Shown one piece after another: positions 1 through 11,820 of a DNA stretch of 64,000 bases (its first letter is position 1; each line of letters starts with the position of its first letter). The stretch comes from Yuukianura sp. NJ FZ-2021. Taxonomy: Eukaryota. Under the pieces are notes generated by a model, which did no database searches, was not told the origin of the DNA, and saw only the letters and a program-made list of their open reading frames with translations. The stretch is from positions 10,354,001 through 10,418,000 of the forward strand of contig CM102285.1 in assembly GCA_046563655.1 (NCBI GenBank), written 5' to 3'. The translations under genes were made by a program, and so were the position numbers.

Positions 1-1771
1 CCAAAGGTACTTAAAATTCAAAAAATGTTTTATCTTGTAGCTTGTACACTTAATCAATCGAGAAAAATCTTGTGCACATTACTTAGGAATTGGCAAACAA
101 GTTTCTGAATTAGTACCAACAAGCTGCTTAGCCCACAATTCTCTCTGTTAGTACTACATTCGATCTGTCCTTCTTTGGGTAAATTCTAACAAAAATTCTA
201 GTTATAAATCCTAACTGAATTTGCAGCTTTGGAAATTTCATCCTACATACTAGATGCTGTTTATTTTGAATTTTGACCTAACCTTGGCGAGACATAAAAA
301 TGAGATCAGAAGTCGAGATGCCAGTGAAGCATAAACATAAATTGCAATGCGGATACTACTTTCAAAAATTACAATTGTTTCTCAGTATTTCCAATGCTAA
401 TGAGGTCTCACAAGTTGCGAATCCTCCAATTTGCAAATCTGGAAGAACCACTTTTCAAGTTATGAGACATTGCGAATGTGCGAAGTTGAAGTTTGGATTA
501 TATGAAATGTCGCTGTGGAATATTTTATATCACTCCCTCTCCCTACTAATTTTGGTAATTATTATTCACCTTTTGTTTCTACTTAACTCGCACCCAGTTT
601 CCCAATTTACACTCTTCGAAATCTTGAGTATATTCATTGATTTGAATTGAATAGGCTTCGGAAACTTGTTTGGAAAACCTTGACACTCACATAAGACGCT
701 TCGTTAGTCATCCTCATCAGTGTAGTTTAGTAGTTAGGTCATATTCGTCCGAAACCAAGAGACAATGGGTGTGTGTGGACAGTGTTACTGAAAGTTAGTA
801 CTGCCCGTAAGAAAAGACTGCTTACACCATTGTTTTATAAACTACAAAATACAATCTTTTGGTGAAAATCATTTCCAGTTCTTCAGAGATCATAAACTGA
901 GGTAAAACCTTAGGAAATCTTTGCCTCGTTTCTACCTGATTTACTTGTCTGTTTCATCTTGACACTTAAGGTCTAGTTTTTTTATGATTTTGGATTTGGA
1001 GATCTTCCCTCGAAATAGTTTTCTCCCTTTGGACTTAAGTGCCTACTGCCCTCACCTAGAAATATTTTAGTGAGAAATTTACACCAAGAGAAGTGTAGTA
1101 CTGGACAACCCATGGTGTTCCGAAAACTTATTCAAAATCTTACGCCCAAACGCTTTGTACAATCTCAGAGAGTCTGATAAGACAGGGGAGGAGACCAGAA
1201 CGCTGCTTTTAGCACAAGTGAAGAAGTTAATTTCGGCAAAAATCTAAAATCTCTGGCCAGTTTAGTTTGGGAAGCTTCGAAATTAAGTCTGTTCTAGTTC
1301 TGGTTCCCTTAAATATATTCCAACCCTGGTATAAATTTTATGCCTAAAATCTTCAGAGTTCATCAGAGTCAAGTTCTTCTTTGCTTTGGGTTTGTATTAA
1401 AAGTGTCCTCAAATTCTCATTGAACTAAATCCTCATAAGGAGGTTAAAAAAGTCTGTGTCACAGACGCATCATCGCTTGAAATTAAGTTTGTGTTGGTTT
1501 TGGATCATAAATTTTGAGAGTGCTTATCAACACTCAAGAAGATTTTCTTGACAGATTTTCGGCGAGATCATAACATTTATGTAATTGCGGCTATTATGGA
1601 TACTACTGATGAAGATGCGGTGAATCGGAACTTGCGACATGAAATTTTTCATTTGTTTTTGAAAACTGAGCTCCTGGAAGTTTTCTTTTCAAAATTTGAA
1701 ATGAAGTTGGGATTGCATTTTGAAGAATGTGAAAAATGAAGTGTTAAGATCAAGTCCAAGAAGTTGTGAAA

Positions 1772-4700
1772 ATGCTCTCTCGGATTCTGTATGTTTTACT
1801 GGCACTTTTGGTTCTGAAGGGCTCCATTCAAGATCTAAAACTCTATGGAATGCCAGGCGTAGCCGAAGTCCAGTGTGACGACTCCCTTACGGTGTGTTAA
1901 TCAATCTTCAAAATTTATTCTTTTGTTTCAAAAACAGGATATTTGTTTTCCCACAAAAAAATAAGACATCAACAATGACTGAAGAACAAAAGACAATGGA
2001 AAGCGTGATGGGTGCTAAAACGTTTCCATTTAAAGTTAAACTGAAGGCGGCTACCACTTCAGTCACAATTAGCTATAAATTTTTTAGTACTTTTTCACGT
2101 TTTCTCCCAAAAAAATTTAATTTGACTAGGTAGGTTTAAGTGGCTGCCAATTATGCACGCTTTAACCCGTTCCTTTCCTAATTTTCATAAGAAAAAATGC
2201 GTATCCCATTATGGTGAGAATTCTCACTCGAAAAGTTCAGAAAAACAAGTTTTGCAAAGTGATTGTAAAAATGAAACAAAAGCCTTCAGCTTTCATTTTG
2301 AAATTATCCAACTTTTTTTTTGAAAAGCGCAAACTATACCCCCAAATTATTCAAGTTCTAATAACTTAATTTACCTTAATTATTGAAATTAACCTACTGA
2401 AAGCAGCTTCTTAATTTTAAAAACACTTTATAGTACACGTTTAGTCTTTTAGGGAACAATTTTGAATTGATTTTCGTTTCTAATTTGCTTCTTTCATATT
2501 TTTGGTTGTGTATGATTATGTGTATGGTTTTTGGTTTTGGTGTTGTATAGAATTTTTCCTCGGGAGAAAGTTCGGGTGATACTGATTTGAATCAGTTAAA
2601 TGACTGGAGTGACATCACTTATGATTACCCGGTTTGTTTTCGTTTTATCAAATTTTTGGTTATTTTGGTTCAAAATTTTTAATTTTGACCTTTAAGTACT
2701 CTCCTCTGGACACTCGTTAGGAGGAATTGATTCACTTTAGTAAAAATTTATACCGTAACTAGGATACGGAAGATTATGAAGATGAGGAATTGGGCAGTTC
2801 ACATCATCAGTTACCACCAATCCCACCGCCCCCACCTTCTCCTACGGGAGGAGATTTCAGTGCCCTTCGAAATCTCGCATCGTCCCTTAAGGTCACCTCC
2901 AAAGGCGACAAGGTTACTTTTATTTTGAAACATTTTCTTTCAATTTTTTAAAACTTTTTAGCTCATTTTGAAATTGAATTTTTTCTATTGTATATTTTGT
3001 TTCGCTTGTCAATGTTGCATGAATTTAACTTTCTCTTTTGCACTGCCACGCTTCTAACTTCTTCAAAAGCTAGAGTGAAAATCCAAGATTTAACATAGGC
3101 TAAACCAAGTTGTTTGGAATACCATAGGGCGACCGTGGCGATAGGGGCCCGCCTGGACAGAAAGGTATTTTTAAAATACCAGTTTGAAAGTGAAAAAAAT
3201 ACATTTAGAAGATTACAAGAGCCTGTCAGCTTCTTGCGCAGATTTATTTTCATCTTAATTAATATAGGCGAACCTGGAAGAAATCCATTTCTTCGAGAGT
3301 CGGGCTCTGGGTCCGGCGATGAGGTATTTTTACTTTTCACTTTCAAAATTTCTATGCATGTCAACATTATTTTACTTTTCCATTTCAATTTTATTGCATG
3401 CTACTCTCAATTTCAAATCTTAACGATTTTTAAGAAAGAACATGAATCACATATGCTTAAAAATTTCTCAATTTGAACTTGTGTTGTTGAACAGTTCATT
3501 CCATTTGATCCGGGAAGTTTTGGGAAATGCAGTTGTAATTATACAGAACTTGTTGCCCAAATTCCACCAGACGCTTTCAAAGGAGCTGATGGTAAAACAG
3601 GGCCAGAGGTTAGAGATTCATCCAAGTATTACTTACTGCTTATTATTTGCCATCAATTGACCATTTAAATGATTGTTCTTGAGCAGGGCCCACCCGGACT
3701 TCAAGGGCCTCGGGGCGATCCCGGGTACTTTTTGCATCAATTACTTCATCTTGTAGTCTAGTTCAGAATTTTGGAAATTTTTGTGATCCCTCAGAGTTCC
3801 TGGGAGGAAGGGCGAAATTGGCTATCAAGGTATGAAGGGCGAGCAAGGTACTCCCGGTGAAAAAGGTAATAGACATGACATGAGCCAAGAGGTATCAAAT
3901 TGATCTTAAAGTTAAAATGTTGATTAAAGTCAGTTATAATAAGTCAAAGCTATGGCACAAACCCCTTAAGAAAGTATAGTCTATGCAATCCGGCTGAAAT
4001 TTTTACCACTTATTAGAACTTTTTGAAAATCATTTGACCAAATTTTCAATTTTGTACGATCCCTATAAGTCACGAGGAATTTGGGGTCAAAAGTCACGAC
4101 ATTGACCTGCGGTGACCCCATGCAAGTAATATATCGTCCGTAAGCACTTGATCTCCGGATTTAGGAAATGTATGTATGTTGCCATTTCTGACCCTCAATT
4201 CAAAAGTTATCACCCGATCAATAGATGACCTTGCGATTGAAACCGAAGATATCTTCGGTATATACGATATCGCATGAAATTGGAAATTTGGTCAAATGAT
4301 CTTCATAGAAATCCTAATAAGTGGTGAAAATTTCAACCGGATTGCATAGACTATACCCTCTTACGAGGTTTGTTCCGTGCCCTTTGGGAAAAATAACACC
4401 AGGATTTATGTATAAGGTGAACGAGGTCTTCCCGGATTGTCTATGACTCCAAATGCAGTTGGTTTTGATGTAAGTACATTTCTCAAAGAGTCAAAATTTA
4501 CTGAAATGTAAGGTAAACCAGTTGAAATTTTCTTGACACCTTGTGCAGCCAGACTGGAAGCCTCGTAACTTGATGAAGGTGGAAATTTTAAAGTGCTTAA
4601 CTTTTAGTTAGAAATTTCGTACATGATCATAAAAATTACAAATTAAGTTATTGTACTTTGACTCATTGTAGGAGCATTTAGCGAAACCTGGCCCAAAGGG

Positions 4701-7700
4701 AGATGCTGGTGAAGTTGGCCCAAGGGGTATTAGCGGCGAGAAAGGCGAACGGGGTATTAAATTCTAAACAAAAAGTACATAGTACATTGTATTAAAGCAC
4801 AGGGCAGCTGAAGAAGACGGCAACGCTTTCACCGAAAGCTGGGTTTTGAATCGTGCTTTTACATGTAATTTTAAATTAAAATCCAAAAAGTAAATGTTTT
4901 TCAAAAAGTAAAATCCAAAAAGTAAAAAGTCTGAAACTCGAACCAGCTTCGGCTAGTACATTAGATGCAAAAGTTTAGCAGTCCAGTACCTGTGAAAGCA
5001 CGATTTAAAAATCAACTTCCGGTGAAAGCGTTGCAACTTTTTTATCGCTCCCTGTATATGTAATTAGAAATTCTTTCTAAGGCTATTTAGTCACTTTCAC
5101 TTTTTTGTTGAGAAGAAATGAAAGCAGTCTAAGACGAAAACAAGAACTACAGAAAATGTTCATCTCGTAGGTTTTAACTGCATTTCTCACTTTTCTACAG
5201 GCTTCCAAGGCCTACCTGGTGAAAAAGGCGACAAAGTATGGATTTTGACATAGAATTTTCATTTTTCCGAAAATCTATTGTTTTTAGAACTCAAAATTTG
5301 AAAAGACATTGCTTGTAGGGGATTGCCGGTGTTAATGGCTTGCCAGGCCCTCCTGGATCTGCCGGCAAGGATGGCAAAAAGGGCGATGTTGGGCCGATCG
5401 GCCCTGGCCCACCGGTACGTTCAAAATTCAAGTATTTTGAAATATTAGATGAAAATGATTAGACAAAAATGAATCAAGTGTCTAATTTTTTAACATTTAA
5501 TTTCACAGGGACCGCCTGCACCTCCAAGCAATCTCATTGAAGTACCAGTTCAAGAACCAGTGAAAGTATGAACCAAAAATTGAAAAAAATATAAAACAAA
5601 ATATACTAATTCAGAAATACGTGAAAGTGAACTTAAATTGTTTCTAACTTGCTGAAATTATATTTGGAATTGAAAGGGCGAGAAGGGCGATAGAGGGGAA
5701 ATTGGCCTCCCCGGTAGACGAGGAAGGCGCGGCAAGCCAGGCCCACCAGGGTAAATTTCATCTGAAGTTTTCAAGCTAGTTTTGCAAACTCAAGTTGCTA
5801 AAAATTAAATTTCTAAAACAATTTGCAGGCCACCAGGGTAAGTGACAGGAACAAACTAATTAGAACAGGAGTTTCACCTATTTTCACGGAGAAAGTGACC
5901 ATTAATGTAAATTAACTTGGACAAATTACAGTGAAATTGGGGTGCCAGGATGGCCGGTAAGATAACCATTGAGCAATAATTTTACAAACTTAAATGTGCA
6001 TTTAATGGGGTCTTACATATGTGTATGTGCTGTTAAATTGTGTTTGTTAATTGTCACTAATTTGCTGTTAACATTGGTGCTTTGGATTTGCGTTGTTAGA
6101 CGGGAATGAAGCCTTTGGTAATGGAAATGCTTAACACAATGTTCTAAAATACTAAAACAAAATTCACCATTTTCAGAAAATGTAGTATTTAATTCGTTAT
6201 GCAGGGAAGGAGTGGCGCGTCCATCGTCGGACCAAAGGTGAGTTCTGGTTAATTGTTGGGGCTTTCCAATTCTAATTAATACTCAATGCCTAATTCAAGT
6301 AGACAAATTAGTACAATTTACTAAATTTTTAGGGCGAAAAAGGGGAGTCGAATGTTGGTGGTGATTTTTACAAATATGAAGTCCAGCCACCCCCACAATG
6401 TCCATCCTCTTGTCCCCCGGGGTAAGTAATTTTTGAGTTAACATTTCAATTACTAATTTGACAAAAATATGAGCAAATAATAATTTGTTTCATAAAATTT
6501 TCAGACCTCCTGGGTAAGTGTAGAAAAATTCATTTAAATATTTTGAAATATTGAAAGCAGTAAATCATTTTCCTCCGTTTCGTTGATTTTACAGACCGCC
6601 TGGGTGAGTTTTGTCATTTAGTAGGATATAAATTTTCAAAACTTGCAAAATTTGTCATAAATATTTTGCGTCTCATCATTTGTTTCCCACAAATTATGAA
6701 AATTTTTAGTGTTCCTGGTATCAGCATTGTTGGTGAACCTGGAATGGGTATACCAGGTAATGTTCATCAGTGGCAAACTTTCACTTTCAGACAAACTCAA
6801 ATTCTTTTAAACCTTTCACTTCTGTGTTCTGTGTGCGGCTTAAAGCGACGGGCGGTATTTCAGCATTACGTGCTCGTCTTAAAGAAAGTAAATTAGTCTG
6901 CTTATTATTTACTATATTATATGTATTTCTTCTTGTTTCTTCTTATTCAGAAATTTTACTTTAAGAATTCAAGCAAACACATTAAACACTAATTTTTTAA
7001 AATTTTGAAAAGGTCCTCCCGGCCCACGAGGTCAAAAAGGCGAATCTTCATCATCTTCTCAATCCACACCAAGAGTGGTTGTACCCGGTGCAATTATATT
7101 TCACACAAGAGAATCATTGATTCGCGTAATGACTCAACCTTTAACATAATTTGCATTAATTTGCAAGTTAACATTGTTTGCAAATTAATGAGGAAGAATC
7201 ATCTTTTTCCTCTAGGCATCAGATACCACTTCCGTAGGGACCATCGGCTTTGTTCGAGACGAAGAACAACTTTTTGTTCGCGTTTCAGGAGGATGGCGAC
7301 CTATCATTGTGAGAAACTTGAAACTAAAAAAATGAAAGTTAATGAGAATTCAAATTAAATGATTTTTATAATTTGTGCAAAAAAAAATCCAAGACTGGGG
7401 AGTTGCTGTTGGCCTCTCCACAAAATTTAGGTCAGCACTTGCCAGATACTACGGCGGAACCAGCTCGACTCATGCGACATCCCCCAGCAGAAGTGTCATC
7501 CCCCTTAGTAAATCAGAATGTCGTTGAAGGACCCAATGTAAAAACCAAATCTAAAAAAAATCTTAACTAAAAAAGACTTTTCAAATTGAATTTGGGAAAT
7601 TACGGAGCCAAACAGTTTTACTTTCACAAGGAACTTTCACTTTCTAATAAAATTTCTTTGTACTTTCTCCTCCTCAAAGCGTCTTCTAAGAAGGGAGCTA

Positions 7701-8629
7701 AACTCTGTAAGGAATTTGTGCATGGGACTTTCTCTTTTCTGCTAAAAAGCTCAAAACACCACTCTTCTGCTTCTTCCGCCATGATTTCAAGTATTTTCTA
7801 AATTAATAATTCCTTTTATGACTCTTGGAATATTTGTCCACTTTAGTTGCGCCTGGCTGCTCTCAACGACCCTTGGAGTGGAGACATGCACGGAATCCGC
7901 GGAGCTGACTACTCGTGCTACCGTCAAGCTAGAAACGCCAACTTGGATGGCACTTTCCGTGCTTTTCTGGTCTCCTACGTTCAAAATTTGGATTCCATTG
8001 TGAGATATACAGATCGGAGTCTTCCGGTACTGAATACCAAAGGCGAGCTTCTCTTCAATTCCTGGTCCGACATATTTGAAGGAGACGGGACCTTTGTTCC
8101 CAGACCTCCTTCAATCTATTCCTTCAGTGGGAGAAATGTTATGCAAGACTTTCACTGGTATTCAAATTTTAAACAACTTTCTCCACTTAATGCTCAAAAG
8201 AATTGCTTTACCGGAACAAAATTTAAAATTTTCAGGCCACTTAAGCGAGTTTGGCACGGTTCGACCACTGGAGGTCACCGAACTCAATCGGCCTACTGTG
8301 AGGCTTGGCACTCGGACAGCCCTTCATATCAAGGCCTCGCCTCTGACCTTCTCAAAGGTCAAATCCTGGGCCAAGACTCTTTTCCGTGTAACACTAGGTT
8401 GATTGTGCTCTGTATTGAAATTGCTAGTCAAGGAACGCACGGTCGACGTCGACGAAGTGTTCCGTCTTCCTCATCTTCAATTACTCCAGAACTGTCCTCC
8501 ATTGACGATATGACTTTACTCAAAAATTTGACACTGGATCAGTATACTCGTTTAATAGAAGAATATGATAAGGAACTCCAAGAATTTCATGTTTCTCCGG
8601 TCCACGAAGAAAGCAGCGAGGAAGAATAG
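1772..8629 (+). CDS. Mp: Multiplexin (collagen XV/XVIII-like), short signal-peptide isoform; multi-exon
   Basis: The exon at 1772-1891 encodes a signal peptide (MLSRILYVLLALLVLKGSIQDLKLYG...). Later exons carry Ser-Gly GAG-type sites (ESGSGSGDE), a CSCN motif and many Gly-X-Y exons (3128-7030). A trimerisation-type exon (SVGTIGFVRDEEQLFVRVSGGWRPI) precedes a C-terminal endostatin domain (LRLAALNDPWSGDMHGIRGADYSCYRQA...RVWHGS...YCEAW...LIVLCIE), which has an intron at about 8158-8235. Exons of a longer isoform may lie upstream of the window. Confidence 0.93.
3945..4386. mobile_element. MITE-like element with ~120-bp imperfect terminal inverted repeats, in a multiplexin intron
   Basis: The left arm ...gtatagtctatgcaatccggctgaaatttttaccacttattag...catttgaccaaatttt matches the reverse complement of 4261-4386 (...aaatttggtcaaatgatc...ctaataagtggtgaaaatttcaaccggattgcatagactatac...). 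Confidence 0.8.
4800..5054. mobile_element. Tc1/mariner-type MITE (CAGGG...CCCTG) in a multiplexin intron
   Basis: About 65-bp inverted arms: caggg...gcaacgctttcaccgaaag...aatcgtgctttt versus aaagcacgattt...cttccggtgaaagcgttgc...ccctg, followed by TA on the right. The left flank reads CA, so that TA copy is degenerate. Confidence 0.75.
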
Positions 8630-9010
8630 TTTTGAAGGCTACTTTAACTTTAATCAACTTCATTTTCAAACAGTTTCTAAACAACTTTTGTATTAATGAA
8701 AACGTTTGTTGTCACAAAAGTAAGATACACGGGATCTATTTAGTCTAGGTAATTCCACTTGCTCTCAATTTCTCTCATTTCCGGAGAAAGTTTCTGTTGA
8801 ATTGGATAACTCTTAGGTTTTTAGAAATTTCTAAAGTAATTTCTAAACATTTCTAAAGTAATTGTGCCAAACGTTAAGAATTCATCTCAAACAAATGTGA
8901 ATAGAGGCAAATAAAGTTTTACAGGTTAGACGCCAAGATTTGTTGAGCGCCATCTCTCGGCTAGAGCATGTATTGTTAATTATATTCTTTGTTCTGGTGT
9001 TTGCAGCGTT

Positions 9011-9056
9011 GAGGTCATTCACCTCAATAGTTTGCAGTGTTGAGGTGATTGACCTC
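9011..9056. promoter_or_regulatory. Tandem pair of near-consensus IR1 nuclear-receptor (EcRE-like) palindromes, or an RNA hairpin
   Basis: GAGGTCA-T-TCACCTC (9011-9025) and GAGGTGA-T-TGACCTC (9042-9056) are each one mismatch from GAGGTCAnTGACCTC and sit 31 bp apart inside a 31-bp tandem repeat (8999-9067). Confidence 0.4.
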
Positions 9057-9291
9057 AACAGTTTGCATTTCACAGGTCGTTGTTCTCTCTTTGTCTTCAC
9101 TTCCTTCTGGAACTTCAACGGAATCGGTTGCAAATCTGTTTCGCTCTCCGTCTTTTGTGAATTTTCTGTAATCGTTTCGGTAAGTACCCATTTTTAGTAT
9201 TGTACGATTTGGATAGTCGATTCAGTTTGTCATTCATTTGTAGGTATACCTCCTGGACTGTTGTCGAAGTTGACGTTCCAGCATCAATACA

Positions 9292-10891
9292 ATGGGACGA
9301 GAGTGCCTTAGCCGACTGTACATTGGACATTTGCCAGCGAACACCTTGGAGGATGACTTCAGGAGCTTCTTACTCACTGAAGGTCAACTGGCTCGCAACT
9401 CATTTAGCATCACTGTGAAGAAAGGATACGCCTTTATGCAGTGTTGTGATCAAGGTTAGAATCAGAATTGTTTACTGCTTCGCAAGTTCATGTTTCGGTA
9501 CTAATTTTGTCTTTTCTTTTAGCCACGGCAGACAGGGTCATTGACCGATTCAACGGAGCACCTTACCTAGGATCAATTCTGAGCATTGAACCTGCATTGA
9601 GCAACTTTCCTGGTGCACCTTCCAAGCTAGGACGTTGTCTGATGACTGTGACTAAAGTTCCGAATGGTAATTGAAACGATTAATGCTTCAAAAGTTGATT
9701 TTAACGTTGAATTACGAACATGTATCGATGTTTTTTTTTCATTTCAGGGAGCATTCACTCTGACACTCCGGGAACAATTGAAGACTTAGAAAAGATTTTG
9801 GCTATTTGGGGTGGGAATGTGCTGTCCATGGAGAAATTGGGAAGTTCCAAGTACATCGTGACCGTGGCGGATGCGCAAGCCATGGCGGACTTGGTTGCGA
9901 AGTGTCATGGAATGGTATCCAATGGACTGACAGTATCTGCAGAAATAGCACCGGACTACTTGAAAGTTGAAGGTTAGTCAAACGTCGATACTTCGACACT
10001 AGCAACCTCAGCGATGTAGTAGTTAATGTAGTTTTGAATGCTGTTGCTGTTATAGATGGCAGTGGAGATGCTCGTGAATACAAAATAGCCAAAGTGCAGC
10101 AAACCGAGGTTTCATCAACATCTCCTACGACCAGTACTGACGACTGCGACAAGAAGGTGTATGGGTCACGGTCTATTGGAACTGGCACTCGTGCGTACTA
10201 TCGTGGCCCAACCAGAACTTCAGGAGAATTCCGACGCTATTCTGATCCAAATCCAACCTTCCCTTGGAGAATGCTGATTCCTTCAACCCAAGTTGGAGCC
10301 TTGATTGGAAGAGGTGGCGCAACAATCCGCGCCATGTAAGTTACTTAATATTTTAAGGAAATGATTTTTCTTTTTAGAATTTTGACTGCAGCGATTTCAT
10401 ATTTTTTCAGAACACAAGCTACTGGAACCCGGATCAACATCCATACTGGACCAGGGTCAGCTCGCAGCCGCGGAGACGCCGAAAAAGTCGTGCGGATCAT
10501 TGGAAGTCCAGAGGGCTGTACTGCTGCTTGTCGCAAGATTTTGGAAATCCTGGCCAAGGATTTGTCGAAATGGTTTGGAGCTGAGCTGGCACTTCGTCTC
10601 GTTGCTTACGATTCTCTCATTGGGCGTGTCATTGGCAAGGGCGGAGTCAATATCACCAAGATCATGCACGAATCCAACACTCGGATCCACATTTCCAATG
10701 TCTACGAAACTCGAAATGCTTCCAAGTATCGTCATAATGATTGCGACCGCATCATTACAATTCGAGGATCAATTGGCGGAATGATTCAGGCAGAAGCATT
10801 GGTTTTGCAGAAGTTACGCACGTCTTTCGAGAACGACATGTTGCATCCTCGATCTGTTCCCGTGGATGTCAACGTCCGACCTCAATACTAA
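9292..10891 (+). CDS. IGF2BP: IGF2BP/Imp-like RNA-binding protein (RRM1, degenerate RRM2, KH1, KH2; no KH3-4), ~430 aa
   Basis: Exons 9292-9454, 9523-9666, 9748-9972, 10056-10335 and 10411-10891 join in frame. RLYIGHLP...KKGYAFMQC matches IGF2BP RRM1. FPWRMLIPSTQVGALIGRGGATIRAI...SPEGCTAACRKILEI and LRLVAYDSLIGRVIGKGG...RIITIRG...KLRTSFEND match IGF2BP KH1 and KH2. Confidence 0.85.
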
Positions 10892-11519
10892 AAGAATCCA
10901 CATCTCCAATTTCATTTCCCTTTCACAATTGTGTAAACTACTAGTGCAAACCAACCTAAGTTCCTCTATAATTTTATGTCATAATGGTGTAATTTGTAAA
11001 TTCTACAACTACCTTACCTTAGTCCTAACTTTCCTAAAAACATTCAATTCAATCAAAGAGTTAATTAATTGTAACAGCATCAATTCAATTTCAAAAGCTA
11101 GAATAAACATTACATTTTCTGTGTCCATATACGAGTTCTCGTCTCCGCGTAGGGGAATTCTTGAGGGATTGGCAGATTGGATAGAGCGGAGTCCAACCTC
11201 TGAGGGTGGTTGCTGAGGTGAACGGTAAAGTACGTAAGTTTCCGACAATTTGTTGAAGAGAGTGTGAGTTTTAGAAGTGTGACGTCGTCATTTAAAAGTG
11301 GTTTGCAATTGACGGAAGTATTTACTGTTTTATGCTCATCATTGCTTGCTTAGTACATAGCAAACTCATCTTACTGTACTTTAGTATAACGAGTCACGGA
11401 ATTCAGGAAGAATATTAATTACGGTATATCTTCTGCAAACTCGCGAAGGTTGTATGGGAGAGATAGGGAATTTCACCTTCACTCAGAGTAACAGCTCTGG
11501 GCATCCCACTTCTCCCTAT

Positions 11520-11820
11520 CTCATACATGGGGGCACATTTTAGTTAAAGTTAGGTTAGGTTAAGTTAGGGTAATGAGCGGCCAAAACTAATTACAGATTC
11601 GTAATCAGCGTAAAAAACTGAGTTAATTGAGATTTTTATCTCAGTTAGACTAGCTTCGCGAGTTTGCGAAAGGAGTTCCTTAATTACAAAAGTCACATTT
11701 ACATGAGACAGGCATGAGAGATTGAAAGATTGAATTGAACCCAGTTGGTACTCTGCTAACCCACGTAAGCTTAGTTTAATTTTCATAACTTTGCTTAGTT
11801 TAATTTTCATAACTTTACTT
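11520..11820. repeat. Probable degenerate transposon fragment with a TTAGG-like run and a ~25-bp tandem duplication
   Basis: ttaggttaggttaagttagg at 11550, a gattcgtaatcagcg motif of a kind common in arthropod non-autonomous elements, and gcttagtttaatttt(t)cataacttt repeated twice at about 11769-11817. Confidence 0.35.

Noticed and set aside
300..1739. Short ORFs upstream of the multiplexin signal-peptide exon
   Set aside because: AT-rich, low-information translations with no domain. Likely intron, UTR or promoter sequence.
8999..9067. CRISPR-like palindromic 31-bp repeat
   Set aside because: Only about 2.2 directly adjacent units with no spacers, no cas genes, and a eukaryotic intron context.
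11108..11349. ~80-codon open frame on the minus strand between the Imp-like gene and Syx5
   Set aside because: No ATG, no convincing splice partners and no recognisable motif. It does not encode the missing KH3-4.
11550..11569. Interstitial arthropod telomeric TTAGG repeat
   Set aside because: Only four units, one of them imperfect, embedded in transposon-like sequence.
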